Below, in pieces: positions 51,165 through 64,000 of a stretch of DNA of 64,000 nt (position 1 is the stretch's first letter; the number at the start of each line of letters is the position of its first letter). A model generated the notes under the pieces. The model searched no databases, had not been told where the DNA came from, and worked only from the letters and a program-made list of their open reading frames with translations. The position numbers were made by a program, and so were the translations under genes. Source of the stretch: Negaprion brevirostris (lineage: Eukaryota); the NCBI GenBank assembly GCA_030324005.1, contig JARDVH010000059.1, positions 53,318,786 to 53,382,785 of the forward strand, read 5' to 3'.

Positions 51165-52230
51165 TTACATTAGAGCAGAGGTAGGCCATTCAACCTACTG
51201 AGTCTGTTCTGCCATTTAATTAGATTATGACTAATCATCTACTTCAAGCCACTTTCCCACACTATCCCCCTATCGTTTTTGTCATTAGTATCCTGAAATC
51301 CATCAATTTTAATCTTGAATATGCTCAATGATTGAGCTTCCACAGCCTTCTGGGATAGAGACCTCCACAGATCCAGCACCTTCTGAATGAAGAAAATTCC
51401 ACCTCGTCTGTCTTAATTGGCCTACCCCTTATTCTGAGACTGTACCCTAGATCTCAGTTCACCAGCCAAGGGAAGCATTCTATCTACATTATTATTATCA
51501 TGCCTGAAAGAAGTTTGTATTTTTCAACACAATCACTTTTCATTCTTTGAAACTCTAGGAAACACAGGACCAGCTTCCTCAATTTCTCCTCGTAACAAAT
51601 TTCCTGCCACCCCAAAGATTAATCTATGGTGCACTCTCACTATGACAAGAATATCATTCCTTAGATAAAGAGACCAGAACTATACACAGTACTGCAAAGT
51701 GCAGTTTCACCAAGGCTTTATGCAATTACAGCAAGACATTTCACTCCTGTACTCAAATCCCCTTACGATAAAGGTCAACATGCTATTTGCCTTCCCAATT
51801 GCTTGTTGCACCTGTATGCTAGCTTTTAGTGACTCATGAACAAGGATACCCAGACCTTTAGACATCAACACTTTCAAATCCCTCACCATTTAAAACATAC
51901 TCTGCCTTTCTGTTTTTACCACCAACTTTACGTTTACTGACATTATATTCCATCTGCCATGTTCTTGTCCATTCATTTAGCCCTGAAACCTCCTCACATT
52001 CTTCTCATAACCTGCATTCCCACCTAATTTTGTGTCAACAACAAATTTCTAAGTATTATAATTGGTCCCCGCATCCAAATAATTTAAATAGATTGTGAAC
52101 AACTATGCCCCAGCACTGATCCTTGTGGTACCCTGAGAATGACCCATTTATTCTTACTCTTTGTTTTCTGCCTGTGAGCCAATTTGTCAGTACATTCCAG
52201 TATATCACCCCAAGCCAATGGTCTAGTTTT
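51165..52230 (-). mobile_element. CR1 LINE RT/3' relic; a plus-strand CR1 tail follows at about 52240-52405
   Basis: LGILVHESLKASIQVQQAIGKANSMLTFIVRGFEYRS and upstream PQGSVLG. Confidence 0.88.
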
Positions 52231-55200
52231 GCTTAATTGTAAGAATCCTTACAATTTTTAAAATATATTTGGATGAGCACGTGAAACATCGCAACATTCA
52301 AGGATATGGAATAAGTGGTGAAAAATGGGATTAGTGCAAATTTAGTGGTAGTTATTGTCAGTGTAGACTCAAAGCTCTGAAGGGCCTTTTCTGCCCTGTA
52401 TGATTAATGCTGAGGTTCTGTTGGTTTCTGGCGTTGCAAAGAATGGGTCTGGCAACATTACCAGTTGGATCACCTCTCCCTTGTGGAGAAATCTACGCAG
52501 AAATTGAAATGGAATCCTATCAAAAGTCTTCTGAAAATCCAAATTTTACATATTCGTTGGTTCCCCTTTATCGATGCTACAAGTCACATCCTCAGAGGTT
52601 TTCTCCCTAACTTGTTGCCATACAAGTGCCCACTCTGACCCTGATCTATTCCGTTACTATCCTCCATGCTTTTGTTCACTCCCATGGCCTATCCCATGAG
52701 ACCCTGACTCTGGACCTGCCTCATACTGAAAACGCCTTCCCCCTTTGATTGTGACTCTTTCCTTTACTACCCAGCACCTACGATTCCATCTTCAGGACCC
52801 CCAATTTGACTGCACCAATTCCATCCTTTAGGCCCATCATCCATCCTACAATCTCTGCCTGAAACCACCAGCCTTTACAGGATCACCACATTTAGAACGC
52901 TGAGACTTTTCCTTCAGCGCACCTCCTTAAGCCTGAGTACCACCCTCTTTCCAACTTTCCTACCGAGCCAAACACCAACCTTTCAGTCTCTTTTGTCACA
53001 GAGTTCAACAGGACAGTTGCTCCCCTTTGTCAGACCTGCACAAAACTAACTAGTGCTTGACACCTTTAAAATGACTGTGAACTAGGTGCTATAAAATTCT
53101 TGTGTGCCGTTAACCCTATCCCAAGGGTAGGGCTTTACTTAAAAAGTGTTTCACCTTTATGACTATTCATGGATGCAAATGTAATCACAGAATGAACCTA
53201 CCACAGGCCACTGTAATTTTTAACATGCCACAAACGTGCCAACTTTATTTCAATGCGCCATCAGGAAATCAAAATTTCACATCCTGCCTAATTAAATCAC
53301 CTCATGCTACATTTCCCAATCTTGCAGCCTTTGCAAAATTCCTTCTCCAATACCCCCAGAGCTGTTGAGCATTTCCAACACTTTTCTGTTTTTATTTCCA
53401 GCATTCCTTTATTCCAAACTATTTTTGTTTTTTCTTAATTGTAATTAGGGTTACATCCATATCGACTTTGGCACTTTTAATTTTAACACCAACCTGACAA
53501 TTGGTAATTCTGCATCAGACTTCACTATATAAAACCCTAATCTGAATCTAATGTCTGATTTCTAGAGGAAAAAAAAGAGATATCGATTGGCACCTTAATA
53601 CAACAAGTGCATCCACGCTTACTGTGAAACTGTAAATTTAATATCTTGAATTATATTGGTAGTTGATGCTGTTAATCCATTCAAGTATATTTATTGCATC
53701 AAGGGCTAACTTATTTAAAAATTATATAATAACAGAGCTATTATGGTGTTACAAGTGATTAGATGAAGGACATGCTGTTTTATAAGAGGACTTATTAGGT
53801 GACCAAAATGACTGTAGGCCATATTTTCAAGCTCCAAATTAGGTGAGAATGGAGACAGGTGATTGGGAAAAATGATGGCAATGTTGTACATCCGGATATC
53901 ATAAATTTTTCTGAGGGTGGGGGAGTATGGGCATGCAAATTCGTGTTTCTAAATGCACTAATTCAGCTAGTTGAGGGCTTGTTAAAAGTCCACCCCTGTG
54001 AAGGCTTTGGATTTTAAACAAAATGAATATTTCCTGAATGGAAGTTTTGTTCAGTACCAAATGTGTGTAAATGAGAGCTGTCTTAGATTGTTTAATTCTT
54101 TTTCATCTCCACATGGTTCCTAAGGTTTGCCCATAGAGGAATATGAGTGGCTACAGCAGTAATATTGGAGTATGAATGGGCATAGAGACTGACATGAGGG
54201 GTGTGGATCTTTTATGCAACTGGACTGAAGTCTCTGAGAATCAAGGCCAGCCTTCTTACCTGCCTGTCCCAATAATCACCAATCTGTTTGACCACCTCCA
54301 AACTGCCAATGGAGTCAATGGACCCTACTCCATTCTGCCCCCACTTCCCCAGAATGCAAATATGGTGGGCTTTTGCAGGCAATTGTTTTGCCAAGTTGGG
54401 AAATTTCTTGACTTGAACTTCCTTCCTTGATGGTGAAAATCCAGCTCAGTTTTATTTCGATTCAGGCTGACCCATGTGTAAAATAGCTCACATTAAATAT
54501 AATGAACCCAAAAATATGTGCTTGGTCGGCATGGTTCACATTACTGCTGCAGGAAAAACAGTCTCGTGAAATAAGTGATCAGTAATTTTGCATAATTTAG
54601 ATAATAACAGTTACCCTTCACTGCCTTCAAAAAGATTGTTGCTGCTTTATTTGAAGTCTAAGGAGTCAAACAAGAACTGTGTGTCTTGGTTGAATTTTTT
54701 CCCTCACCATCTGACATGAGGAACGTGGGTGGGAGCAATTTGAAATTCACCATGGCTAGCACGTCACTTGGAATGCATTTCTAGTGTCAGCCATTCTGGG
54801 GGAAGTACGTTCAGGGCCCGTGAAGGCTACTCAACCTGAAGATACAGGCAGGCAGTTGGTTCATTAAAAGCCATGTTAACATTGCAATCGGGAGACTGAC
54901 TGGAATTATCCAGTTGGCGTCCAGTTTCCTGATGTGAAGGATAAAGGCAGATCAACTGACTGGATGCAGGTGCCCAGTGCCAGGCTGCGATGTCATTGCT
55001 CCTAATAGGCCTGAAGGCCTTGGGTAAGGGCCTTAAAGGAATCTGGAAACTGATTTTTAAAAAATGTAGTCAGATTGGATTAGCTAGCTTAAGCAGAAAT
55101 TAGTAAAGGGATTTTTTTCAGAGGATTACAGGAACAGAACATTTAGAAGTCAAAGTTCTATCAGTGACATTGGTGTCTTTTTAGAACTCAGATAATAAAC

Positions 55201-55534
55201 TGGCATTTTGTACTATTTCTTCTTTGTAATTTACAGTACAGATTATTTTCACTATATAGATGTAATTCCAAAGTTTGTTTATTAAAATGCACAAACATAA
55301 AGTTACGGCAGAAAATAAGATAAATTAAAACATTCAAGGATGAAATTAGTCTTCATTAATACTAGGCTCTTAGTGAATTAGCAGCCCATTATTCACTGTG
55401 CCTAATGTTACTTTCTTGGAGGTTGTTCAACCAATTATTGTTGTGCCAATGCTTTGAAAGGACTATTCGGTCCCAGTTCATTACTCTTTTCTCCCATAGC
55501 TCTACAATCTTTTCCTATATCTGTATCCAAATTT

Positions 55535-56100
55535 ACATAGTAAAGTACAAAATAGCAGTAGGCCACCTGGTTCCCTTAAGCCTGCTCCGCCATTCAATAG
55601 GACTATGCGTGATGTGTTTGTGTTTTGAGTTCCACATTCTTATCTACCTCAATTTTGAGTCCCTTCTCAACAAGAGTCTACCTACCTCCACCTTAAAAAT
55701 ATTAAATGATCCTGCTTTTTGTAGGTTACTATTAAGTTTATTTTGATCACCCTTTAAGATAGTGTATTCCTGATCACAACTTGCTGTGTAATAAAAATTT
55801 GCAACTCCTCTCTTTGTTTTGCCTATTGTCTTAAATATGTGTCTTCTGGTTACTGATCGTCCTGCATCGTGGAACCGTTTCTCATTTACACTATCCAAAC
55901 CCTTCATAATTTGAAATATCACCACTAAATCTTTTAACTTTCTATACTTTAAGGTGAATAATCCCAGCTTCTCTAGTCTCTACTTGTAACTGGAATCCAC
56001 CTGTAATTCTCCTCTGCAGCCTCCCCAAGATCTTGACATCCTACGTGAAGAGTGTTGTCCAGAATTGGATACTCTGGTCCAGCTGAAGCCTCAAGTATGA
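55535..56100 (-). mobile_element. CR1 LINE 3' relic (another fragment at about 56560-56800)
   Basis: IFQIMKGLDSVN..RSVTRRHIFK. Confidence 0.75.
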
Positions 56101-57194
56101 TAATTGGGCATAGTGTAATCCAGCTGCCAATTCACTGAGCCCAATAAGTATTTTTGGGAAAGACCTTTCTCACTCCGAAACACACATAATAAGACACACA
56201 TTTCTCAAATCTGTCATTGTTGGATGCATATCATTGTCCATTATATCTATATCCTGGTAGTATGCAAGTTCTAGTATTTCACATATTTTGGTTTCATCTT
56301 GCTCTGTGGTAGCTGGTCCTTTTACTTCTGAAGGACCTAAGAAGAGGAGGGAGGGACAAAGGTTAGTGGAGCCAGTTGAAGGGCAGCTCCAATCAGCATC
56401 TCTGTGCCTGCAGAGTGTTAGAGGGAGAGAGCTCAATGAAAATGAAAAGTGGGTAAGATGACTGAACATCCAGTAGAACATACCCTCCTAAATTGCTGAG
56501 AGGTTGAAAATAAGAAAAAGGAGTTGGTGCCTGCTCTGATATTCAATATGAAAATATCAGATCCTCTTCATCAACTCCACTTTCTTGTCTGCTCACCATA
56601 TCCCTTGAATCCAAGAGACCAAATTTCTGACTATCTCAGCCTTAAATATATTCTGGAATTCTTTATCTGAGAGGATTGTGAATGCTGCATCAAAGATTTA
56701 CAACTCTTCAAATGAAGACATTTCTCCTCATTTCAGTCCCAAAAAACTGACTCTTTGTCCTAAGGCTGCAGCCTGTGTTCTAGATTCTCCAGCGAGTGAA
56801 AACGATTGGAAGGATTTTTGTGAGGCACTAGTATTTATTACAAGGGAATGAATGGACATTGGGAGATATCAGAAGGTTGGAAACAGACTAATGTGTTTTA
56901 TTTCACAAGATGTGAGTATCACTAATTAATGAGGCCAGAATTACTGCCCTTGAAAAGATGCTGGTAAGCCATTTTGTTGAATTGCTGCAGGCCGTGTGGT
57001 ATCAGTGCACCCACAATGCCATTCGGGAAAGCGTTCCTTGAAAAAACTGCCATATAAGTCCAAGTTAAGATGGTTTATAGTTTGGAAGGGAATATACAGG
57101 CGGCAGTTTTACAATGCATTTGCTGCCCTTGTCCTTCAAGGTGGTAGAGGTCGTGAGTTTGGAAGGTGCTGTCAAAGGACTGTCAAACTATCCT

Positions 57195-57380
57195 TGATTA
57201 ACAATGCTACTCCTCAACCTCTTTTACCGCCTCCCCTACTCTTACTGAAACATCTATAACCCCGGAACTGCCATCAACCATTCTTCTCCCTGTTCTAACC
57301 ATGTCTCCGTAATGGCCACAACATCATAGTCCCAAGTACCAATCCATGCTCCAAGTTCACCAACTCTACTGTTCTATGCT
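57195..57380 (-). mobile_element. CR1 ORF2 N-terminal endonuclease fragment nested in another LINE relic (about 56900-57500)
   Basis: Minus strand VGELGAWIGTWDYDVVAITETWL. Confidence 0.8.
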
Positions 57381-57569
57381 CTATGGATGTGGGGATTAAA
57401 GTTCCCCACATAGCACATTCTGTGCTCTTGTCACCCTCAGAGCTTCTTCTAAGTGGTGTTCAACATGGAAGAATACTGATCCACCAGCTGAGGGAAGACA
57501 TATTTGACACTTGGTGCATTAAGACTTTGTTGAGTCTGNNNNNNNNNNNNNNNNNNNNNNNNNNNNNNC

Positions 57570-58230
57570 CTCCCTTCCTCCTGACCATATACCATTTTGC
57601 CAGCATCTCTGATTCTGTCCTGCCAATGGGACACATGAGGTGAGAGTGACTGCCCTTGACATCAAGGCAACATTTGACTGAGTGTGACATCAAGGTGACC
57701 TAGCAACTCTGGAGTGAATGGAGTCAGGAGGAAAACTCTCCACTGGCTGGAGTCAAAACTAACACAAAGGAAAATGGTTGTGCTAGTTGAAAGTCCATCA
57801 GTCAGTTCCAGGATGTTGCTGCAGGAGTTCCTCAGGGTAATGTCCTAGGTAGTGTGCATATTCCAACCATCTTCAGCTGCTTCATCAATAACCTTCCTCC
57901 TATTACTAGGTCAGAAGTGGGGATGTTCACTAATGTGCAACGCCATTTCCAATTCCCCAGACACTGAAATAGTTCATGCCTAAATGCAGCCAGACCTGGA
58001 CAATGTCTGGGCTTGGACTAACAAATGGCAAGCAACATTCATGCCACACCCAAGTTTCAGGCTATGACTATCTCCAACAAGGGAGAATTTTGCTACCACC
58101 ACTTGACATTCATTGGTATTATCATCACTGACTACCCCACTGTAAATGTCCTAAGAATTAACATTGACCAGAAACTGAACTAGATTAGCCATATAAATAC
58201 TATATGAGCAAATCAAAAGCTTGGCACCCT
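57570..58230 (+). mobile_element. LINE RT relic (family of 18480-19200)
   Basis: VRVTALDIKATFD, GVPQGNVLG, PTIFSCFINNLP and DQKLN. Confidence 0.8.
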
Positions 58231-59226
58231 AGAAATGGATGTTTCTAGTTAGAGGTATTTTCTGGTACCACTGCAGGACAGGAAATTCCCACCTGAAGTC
58301 AATAGGCCTTTGGTTGGTGCCGCCACCCCCCCCCCCGGGCCTCGTACCCCGGTCCCGGGCGGTGTGCGGCCGCGGGGCTCCCCCAGTGGGTCACCGTGCC
58401 CCCCCCGGGNNNNNNNNNNNNNNNNNNNNNNNNNNNNNNNNNNNNNNNNNNNNNNNNNNNNNNNNNNNNNNNNNNNNNNNNNNNNNNNNNNNNNNNNNNN
58501 NNNNNNNNNACACACAATGATTCCCACTGCAGGGAAGACCAGAAAACCCAGCTGTGGGTGCCTGAGGAGACAGTGGCTGAAATTATAAGTTCTCAGTGTG
58601 TGGGGTAAGTTTTAAGACAATGTTTTGGAGGCCATATAATTTAAGAAACTATTGGACACTGGAATGGAGACATTAGGATCTATCTGGTTGGATGACATAA
58701 GAAAGATAGACCAAGTGTGCTTCCACATCCATAATTATCATGTGATCTTATTCTTTTAGGATCTTAACCCTCCCTCAAATGACTATTTTGCATCAAATAG
58801 CCCCTGTTTGCTTTACTGTGGGCCATTAGAAATGGGCAAAAGTTGGATTGAGTGACTTGTAATAATTTGGTTATTTTAATTTGTTTTCATTCTTCCCTTC
58901 TCTTTTGAAGTACTGTCTTGATTTAGTTGCTAATGATTGTGCAATGCATTTTTTGGGGAATTATTGTTGCAAACCCTACATCCTGTCACCAAGTGGTTGT
59001 ATCACCATATTGCCTGTACGCCAAACAGTCAGTCAGAATATTTTCTTGAAGATGTTTGGATGTACAAAATTAATAAATATTTTAGGCATGCAACCTATCT
59101 TTGTTGCAGCCTAAATAGGGCCTAGAATGTGATAGTTAAGAAGGAAGACTTGCTGTGCTCTGTAAAAATGTACCTGGAAGTAGAAAGTGACTGATGGCTC
59201 CTTTGTTCTGGTTAATGCCCTTTAGA

Positions 59227-59293
59227 ATGATTGAAGAACGTGGTAGAAGAGAAAATATCATGGCAGAAAGAAGACAGTTGTTTGCAGAAATGC
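59227..59293 (+). CDS. DTNA: Alpha-dystrobrevin, first canonical coding exon (exon 59226-59293; 22 codons + 1 nt, phase 1). Remaining exons lie beyond the window.
   Basis: Acceptor ...gccctttag|A ATG; translation MIEERGRRENIMAERRQLFAEM; donor C|gtaagt at 59294. Matches the recalled vertebrate DTNA N-terminus MIEDSGKRGNTMAERRQLFAEMR (DTNB has MAEKRQLFIEM) and the exon layout of 1 nt UTR + 67 coding nt. Confidence 0.93.
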
Positions 59294-59684
59294 GTAAGTA
59301 CTTTACATGATGAGTGGCATGTGGGAAATTGTGTATTGGTTAGCAATCAATATAAAGAACAATGGTTTTTTTTAAGGGGAGGAATTAAGTAGTGCCTTTT
59401 TATGTGGTCTTCAGCACATTTGCATTATTCCATAGCAATTTCTTCAATAATTCATATTTCCCTTCGCCAATCTTATTTTCATTTTTTAAAATGTCATTTT
59501 TTTTTGTCAGCTGGCAACTTGTCACCATTAAGAACCTGCAATTCAAGGTAGTAAGAAATCAAAACTTAATCACCCACGAGAGAAATATTTACTGAGGTTC
59601 TAGAACTTTACTGCAGCTGGCAGAACCAAAGTTGTAGGGTATTACTTTGAAAGAAAATTTTGCAACCATCATACCAATTTTTAT

Positions 59685-60090
59685 CATAGAATCACAGAAT
59701 GACTGCCGTACGGAAGGAGGCCTTTTGACCTGTCATGTGTATGACAGCTGTCAATAGAGCTCCATTCGTCCCATTCCCCACCATTTCACTATAACCTTTT
59801 CAATGTTTTTATCTTCAGAAAATTATCCAATCCTGTTTCAAAAACTACAATTGAATCTGCCCCCACCACACTCGCAGGGAGTGTACTCCAAATCCTAACT
59901 ATTCATTGCATTAAAAAGGTTTTCCACCTATCATCTTTGGCTCTTTTGCTTAATCGTCTTCAATCTGTGTTCTCTGGTTGTCAACCCTCCCACCAATGGG
60001 AACAATTTCTCCTTTTTATACTGTGTCCAGACCCCTCATAATTTTGAACGCTTTGATCACATTTCCTTTCCACCTTCACTTGTCCAAGGA
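59685..60090 (-). mobile_element. CR1 LINE 3' relic
   Basis: tcatagaatcacagaat tail repeat; body matches the other CR1 copies. Confidence 0.75.
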
Positions 60091-60478
60091 ATTCAACTAG
60101 TCAAAGCTGAAGTAGGTCAAAATAAGCTTTCCGATGCAAGGAAAGTGTGCTGCTATGCTTGTAAAACATTAACGTTTTGGAGAAGAAACTCAAGTATTTT
60201 TATTATCAATGCTGCAAGATCTGGGTCATTAACGGAACTTATATGTGAAGCGAAAACTGTATCCTCCATTAAACTAAAAGGGCAAAACTCTATTCCTAAT
60301 CCTTTTGTTAATTTATGGATTGCCCCCAGTGGCATGTGCTTGCCATTAGAGTCAACTCATAATGGAAATGACTGAACACCAATGGCATCAGCACTATTGA
60401 TAACAAAGATAAATGGCAACTCCAGCTGCCATATGTACTTGTCAGTGAGTCTATACTGGCTGATTTTGCAAATTAAAA

Positions 60479-60545
60479 ATGGATCTCTGGTGTTGTTACC
60501 TTGTACAGGCCTTTAAGGAAACTCATCAGTCAGAAAAAGAAAATT
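60479..60545 (+). CDS. Candidate alternative first coding exon of DTNA (unconfirmed)
   Basis: aaaATGG start, MDLWCCYLVQAFKETHQSEKEN + T|gtgagt; 67 nt, phase 1, the same length and phase as the canonical exon 1.2 kb upstream. Confidence 0.4.
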
Positions 60546-62899
60546 GTGAGTCTTGATTTGCAGTAACTGCACATTTGCAAATTTTGTGCATGTTTAATTG
60601 TTTAGTTAGGCAATAGTCACTGGTTAACGTGTTATCGAACCATAAATTAAGAGGACATATGTCATGTTATTTTCTAAATCTCCCTTCTAGTTTCTTCAAC
60701 TTTGCTTCCATTTTGAGGTTCTCTCCTCTCCCCTCTTTATAAGTACGCAGATTCAAAGGAATAAAGGAGAATCATATATTTGCATAACATGACAATGTTT
60801 GTCCATAGAAATATCCAAAAATATCTATTAAATTTCTAATATTAACACAGATTAATGTGCTGCATAAATGATTTTGAGTGCATGATGTATTTTCTCTGCA
60901 AAAAGTTTTATTAGAAATAATTGTACAATCATTTTTAAATTTATTTCTTATAAATATCATAATATTTCGGCACTATAGATGGTATAGTTTTTCATTGTAC
61001 AACTTAGTTGAAGGACTTGGGTTTCCAAAAGATACATTTCCAGTCCTGAATACATCAACAGGAAAAGGTGCAGGTCAGTGATGCGATCCATTCCCCCCAA
61101 AAAGTTGGTGCAAAAGTGTGGAGAGAAGTTTGCTTTAACAGTTCTGAAATATTTCTCAACAGATATTTTCAGAGCAACAGTGACACAAATCAGAAACAGA
61201 CCCAAGCACTTGAAAGAGCTGGAATGTTGTGTTTATTGGATTGTCGCAACTCTTCTATAGAGACCCATTTAATGCACGTGGGTTCAAATGAATACCTGGC
61301 ATACAGCGCTGTATTTGAATATAACCAATACTGTTTTAAAACAGGGTAAACAAGGGAAAGAACTTAAACTTTTAATGTAGCTTACAGAACTTGAAGGGTG
61401 ATTGATAGGGTGGCAAGGATAACATGGAGCAACCAAGAGTGAAATGAGCCTGAAGAGTAGAAAAGACATCTGCAATAGATAGATAGATGGATTGAAATGT
61501 TAAGATCTCAAAAATTAAGGAGTATCAATTGACAGGACACAAAATTCAAGTCCTCAATTGAAATAGCAAATAGGTAAAAAACAAGATTAACAATAGGACA
61601 ATAACGAATGATTGTTTATTGTATGATGCGATATAAAGAGAATACTGTAATATCACTCAACTGAGTAGGAATGACAAATCCTTAATAACAATGATGAAAT
61701 AAAACTAAAATTAGTCAGTCTGGTGAAAGGTTGCTTTTTGTCCCAAAGAGACAAAGGCCAGAATCCTACTGGCCCATCTGCCACGGGAATTGGAGCAGGT
61801 GAGGGGTGGAGCATGGGAAGATCTGTGGAACTTGGGCAAGACTTTACAGTTTTGGGACGAGCGAGACCATAAAATCCCACCCTCGACTCCACCAGGATTA
61901 CCAGAAGAACGTCCATAGTTTTAACAAAAAAAATTGCGTTTATATATTTCTCTCATCCCCAGGATTTCCCAAAGTGAATTATAGTCAATTAATTATTTCT
62001 GAAGTGTAACCGCAGTTGTTTGCTCAAGAAGAACAACAGGCAGCTAGTGAGACAAATGACAGATTAATTTGTTTTGGTGGTGTAGAAATATGGAGGGAGT
62101 GGAAGCTTTAGAAATGACGGAAAAGCTCTAAGGACTCATGAATGAAAGATGGTCTTGCATTTATATAATGTCTAATCACATTTCAGGAATGTCCCAAAGT
62201 GCTTCATATATAATTAATTATCTTGAAGTGAAGTACTTTGTCAGAAGCAGCAGCCAATTTGCATGTACCTGGACTAAAATCCCACAAGCAGTGCTCATAT
62301 AAATAACCATGTAATGTGTTTTTGGTGGTGATACCGGAGTGTTTGGGGAAGGTGGTATGGTGTTAGTTAATGACAGCGGGAGAACAGTGCATTCAACATT
62401 CACATAGCTGGGTCTCTGTTTTGCAACCCATTTCAAGGGCAACCTTTGAGTGTCAGTACTGTGCTGCATTTCACATTTAACTCCCAGTGCAGGAATTGAA
62501 CTCTTAACCTGCTGATTCAGACTAATGTATTAATGCAAGTTATCTAGCAATTGGCGTCACTAATGCATGGAATAAAAATATTATTTTGAAAAGGAAAGTT
62601 AGAAAGGATGGTGCTGCAGACAAAAATAAGTTTTGTTGCACATTGTTCAATGATAATTTCCCATTGTGATAAATTTCAAATGTTAAATATTGCCTCCATC
62701 CTCAAGACCATCTCTTGTTACTCAGAATAAATGATTATGATAAAAGGATCACTTCACACTGGTCTTTAGGTTCATGATGTTTTATTGGAAGCCTTTACTT
62801 TAGAGCTGCAGACATACAAGAAGCTGATTCCCAAAGTGTTGCAGCTATTTCTATTTATAACACAATCCATGTTACAGGTTTTACTGGCAATTATCTTAA

Positions 62900-63470
62900 T
62901 GAGATGATTGTTACAGTTCCACCTTTGTAAGATTGTCTGTCTCTGCTCCAACCTCAGCCCATCTGCCTTTGTGTTCCCCAGGCTCAGCTACTCCAAAGCT
63001 ATCCTGGCCAGTCTCCCATCTTCAACCCTGTGTAAACTTGAACTCACCCAAACCTTTGCTGCCTGTATACTGTCTCGCACCAAGTTCTATTCTTCCATCA
63101 TCCTAGAGTTCGCTGATCCACTTTGGCTCCCAGTCCAGGTTGTCTCAAATTTCAAATTCTCATTCATTAATATCCCTTGAGTCTTCACCTCTCTGCATTT
63201 CTGTAACCTCTTCCAGTCATACGAGCTTTGTGCTTCTAGTCTTCCTTCGCTCTACTTTTGGTGACTGTGCTTCCATCTGTCTTAAGCTGTGAACTCTGTA
63301 ATTCCTTCCCTAAATCTCAGTACTTAGCTACCTTTAATATACTCATTAAAGCTATGATCTTCTTAATCAGCTATCCTATTATCTTCCTATATTGCTTGGT
63401 GTGAAACTCTGTCTGAAAATATTCTTAAGGAGAACCTCGGGATGTCTTATTGTATTAAAAACATGATATA
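62900..63470 (+). mobile_element. L2 LINE 3' relic
   Basis: AFVFPRLSYSKAILASLPSSTLCKLELTQTFAACILSRT..LWLPV..FK is the typical L2 ORF2 C-terminus. Confidence 0.8.
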
Positions 63471-64000
63471 AATAATAGTGGTTGTTAATGATTGAAAGTA
63501 TGGGACTTAAGTGGAATTAGTAGAGGAAAACCAAGATAGAGAACATATAATTTTTGATGCTGAGATAATAGCTAGAATTTTATCAGAGCGCTAAGTGAGG
63601 TCAGAGGTGGGGTTGGGAGCTAGAACATGCTGGGCGCATTTGGCAAGGAGTCCGATATGATGTTGATTCTGGATTTTTCCAGTGGCAAGAAACATTGAGG
63701 ACATACTTTTTACCATTAACACGGTGGAACATCAATTAAGGTACTTAAAAGATCATGTACCTTGAATTTTGAAGGTAACCTGTAATTTTATCAAAAATGC
63801 ACAGGAACCATGGGGCTTCAGAGTTCTACCTGTTTAAAAGGTGGCACCAAAGAGATGAGCGTTGAGTGCAAACTCTGCTAGCCAGCTAACTGATTGGGGA
63901 TGTACAAATTCTGGCCATACAGTTGAATAAGCGATTAAAAAATACACAGGACAAGCATCTTAAACATTAAAAGAGACAGTAAAATATTTTACATGTGTAT

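Noticed and set aside
59742-59753. Perfect TGACAGCTGTCA MEIS/TGIF palindrome
   Set aside because: Single motif inside a CR1 relic, with no supporting context.
59294-64000. Next DTNA exon ([26 protein letters not shown])
   Set aside because: Searched by eye and not found; presumably beyond the window.

Overview
Vertebrate genomic DNA from a gapped draft scaffold. The repeat content (tRNA-headed HE1-type SINEs, CR1/L2/RTE/Rex-Babar/Tx1 LINE relics, Harbinger-derived GC-rich elements, Penelope-type short repeats) points to a shark or other elasmobranch; this assignment comes from recalled repeat families, not a search. The only host gene I can identify is alpha-dystrobrevin (DTNA) on the + strand. 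Its first canonical coding exon (MIEERGRRENIMAERRQLFAEM, phase 1) is at 59226-59293, so the window is mostly DTNA 5' upstream/intronic sequence. There are two plausible promoter plus non-coding first-exon modules (about 38.4-38.8 kb with a MEF2 site; about 40.3-40.6 kb with an X-box/E-box). There are also two candidate unannotated alternative first coding exons (27.0-27.1 kb and 60.48-60.55 kb) that would give dystrobrevin different, possibly membrane-targeting, N-termini. Other points of interest: decayed hammerhead-ribozyme-like cores in three different short repeat families, a 96-bp inverted repeat around a Tx1 LINE relic, and a duplicated segment whose differences perfect palindromes. Almost all ORFs in the supplied track are spurious, gap artefacts or transposon relics. 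Repeat boundaries are approximate, read by eye.
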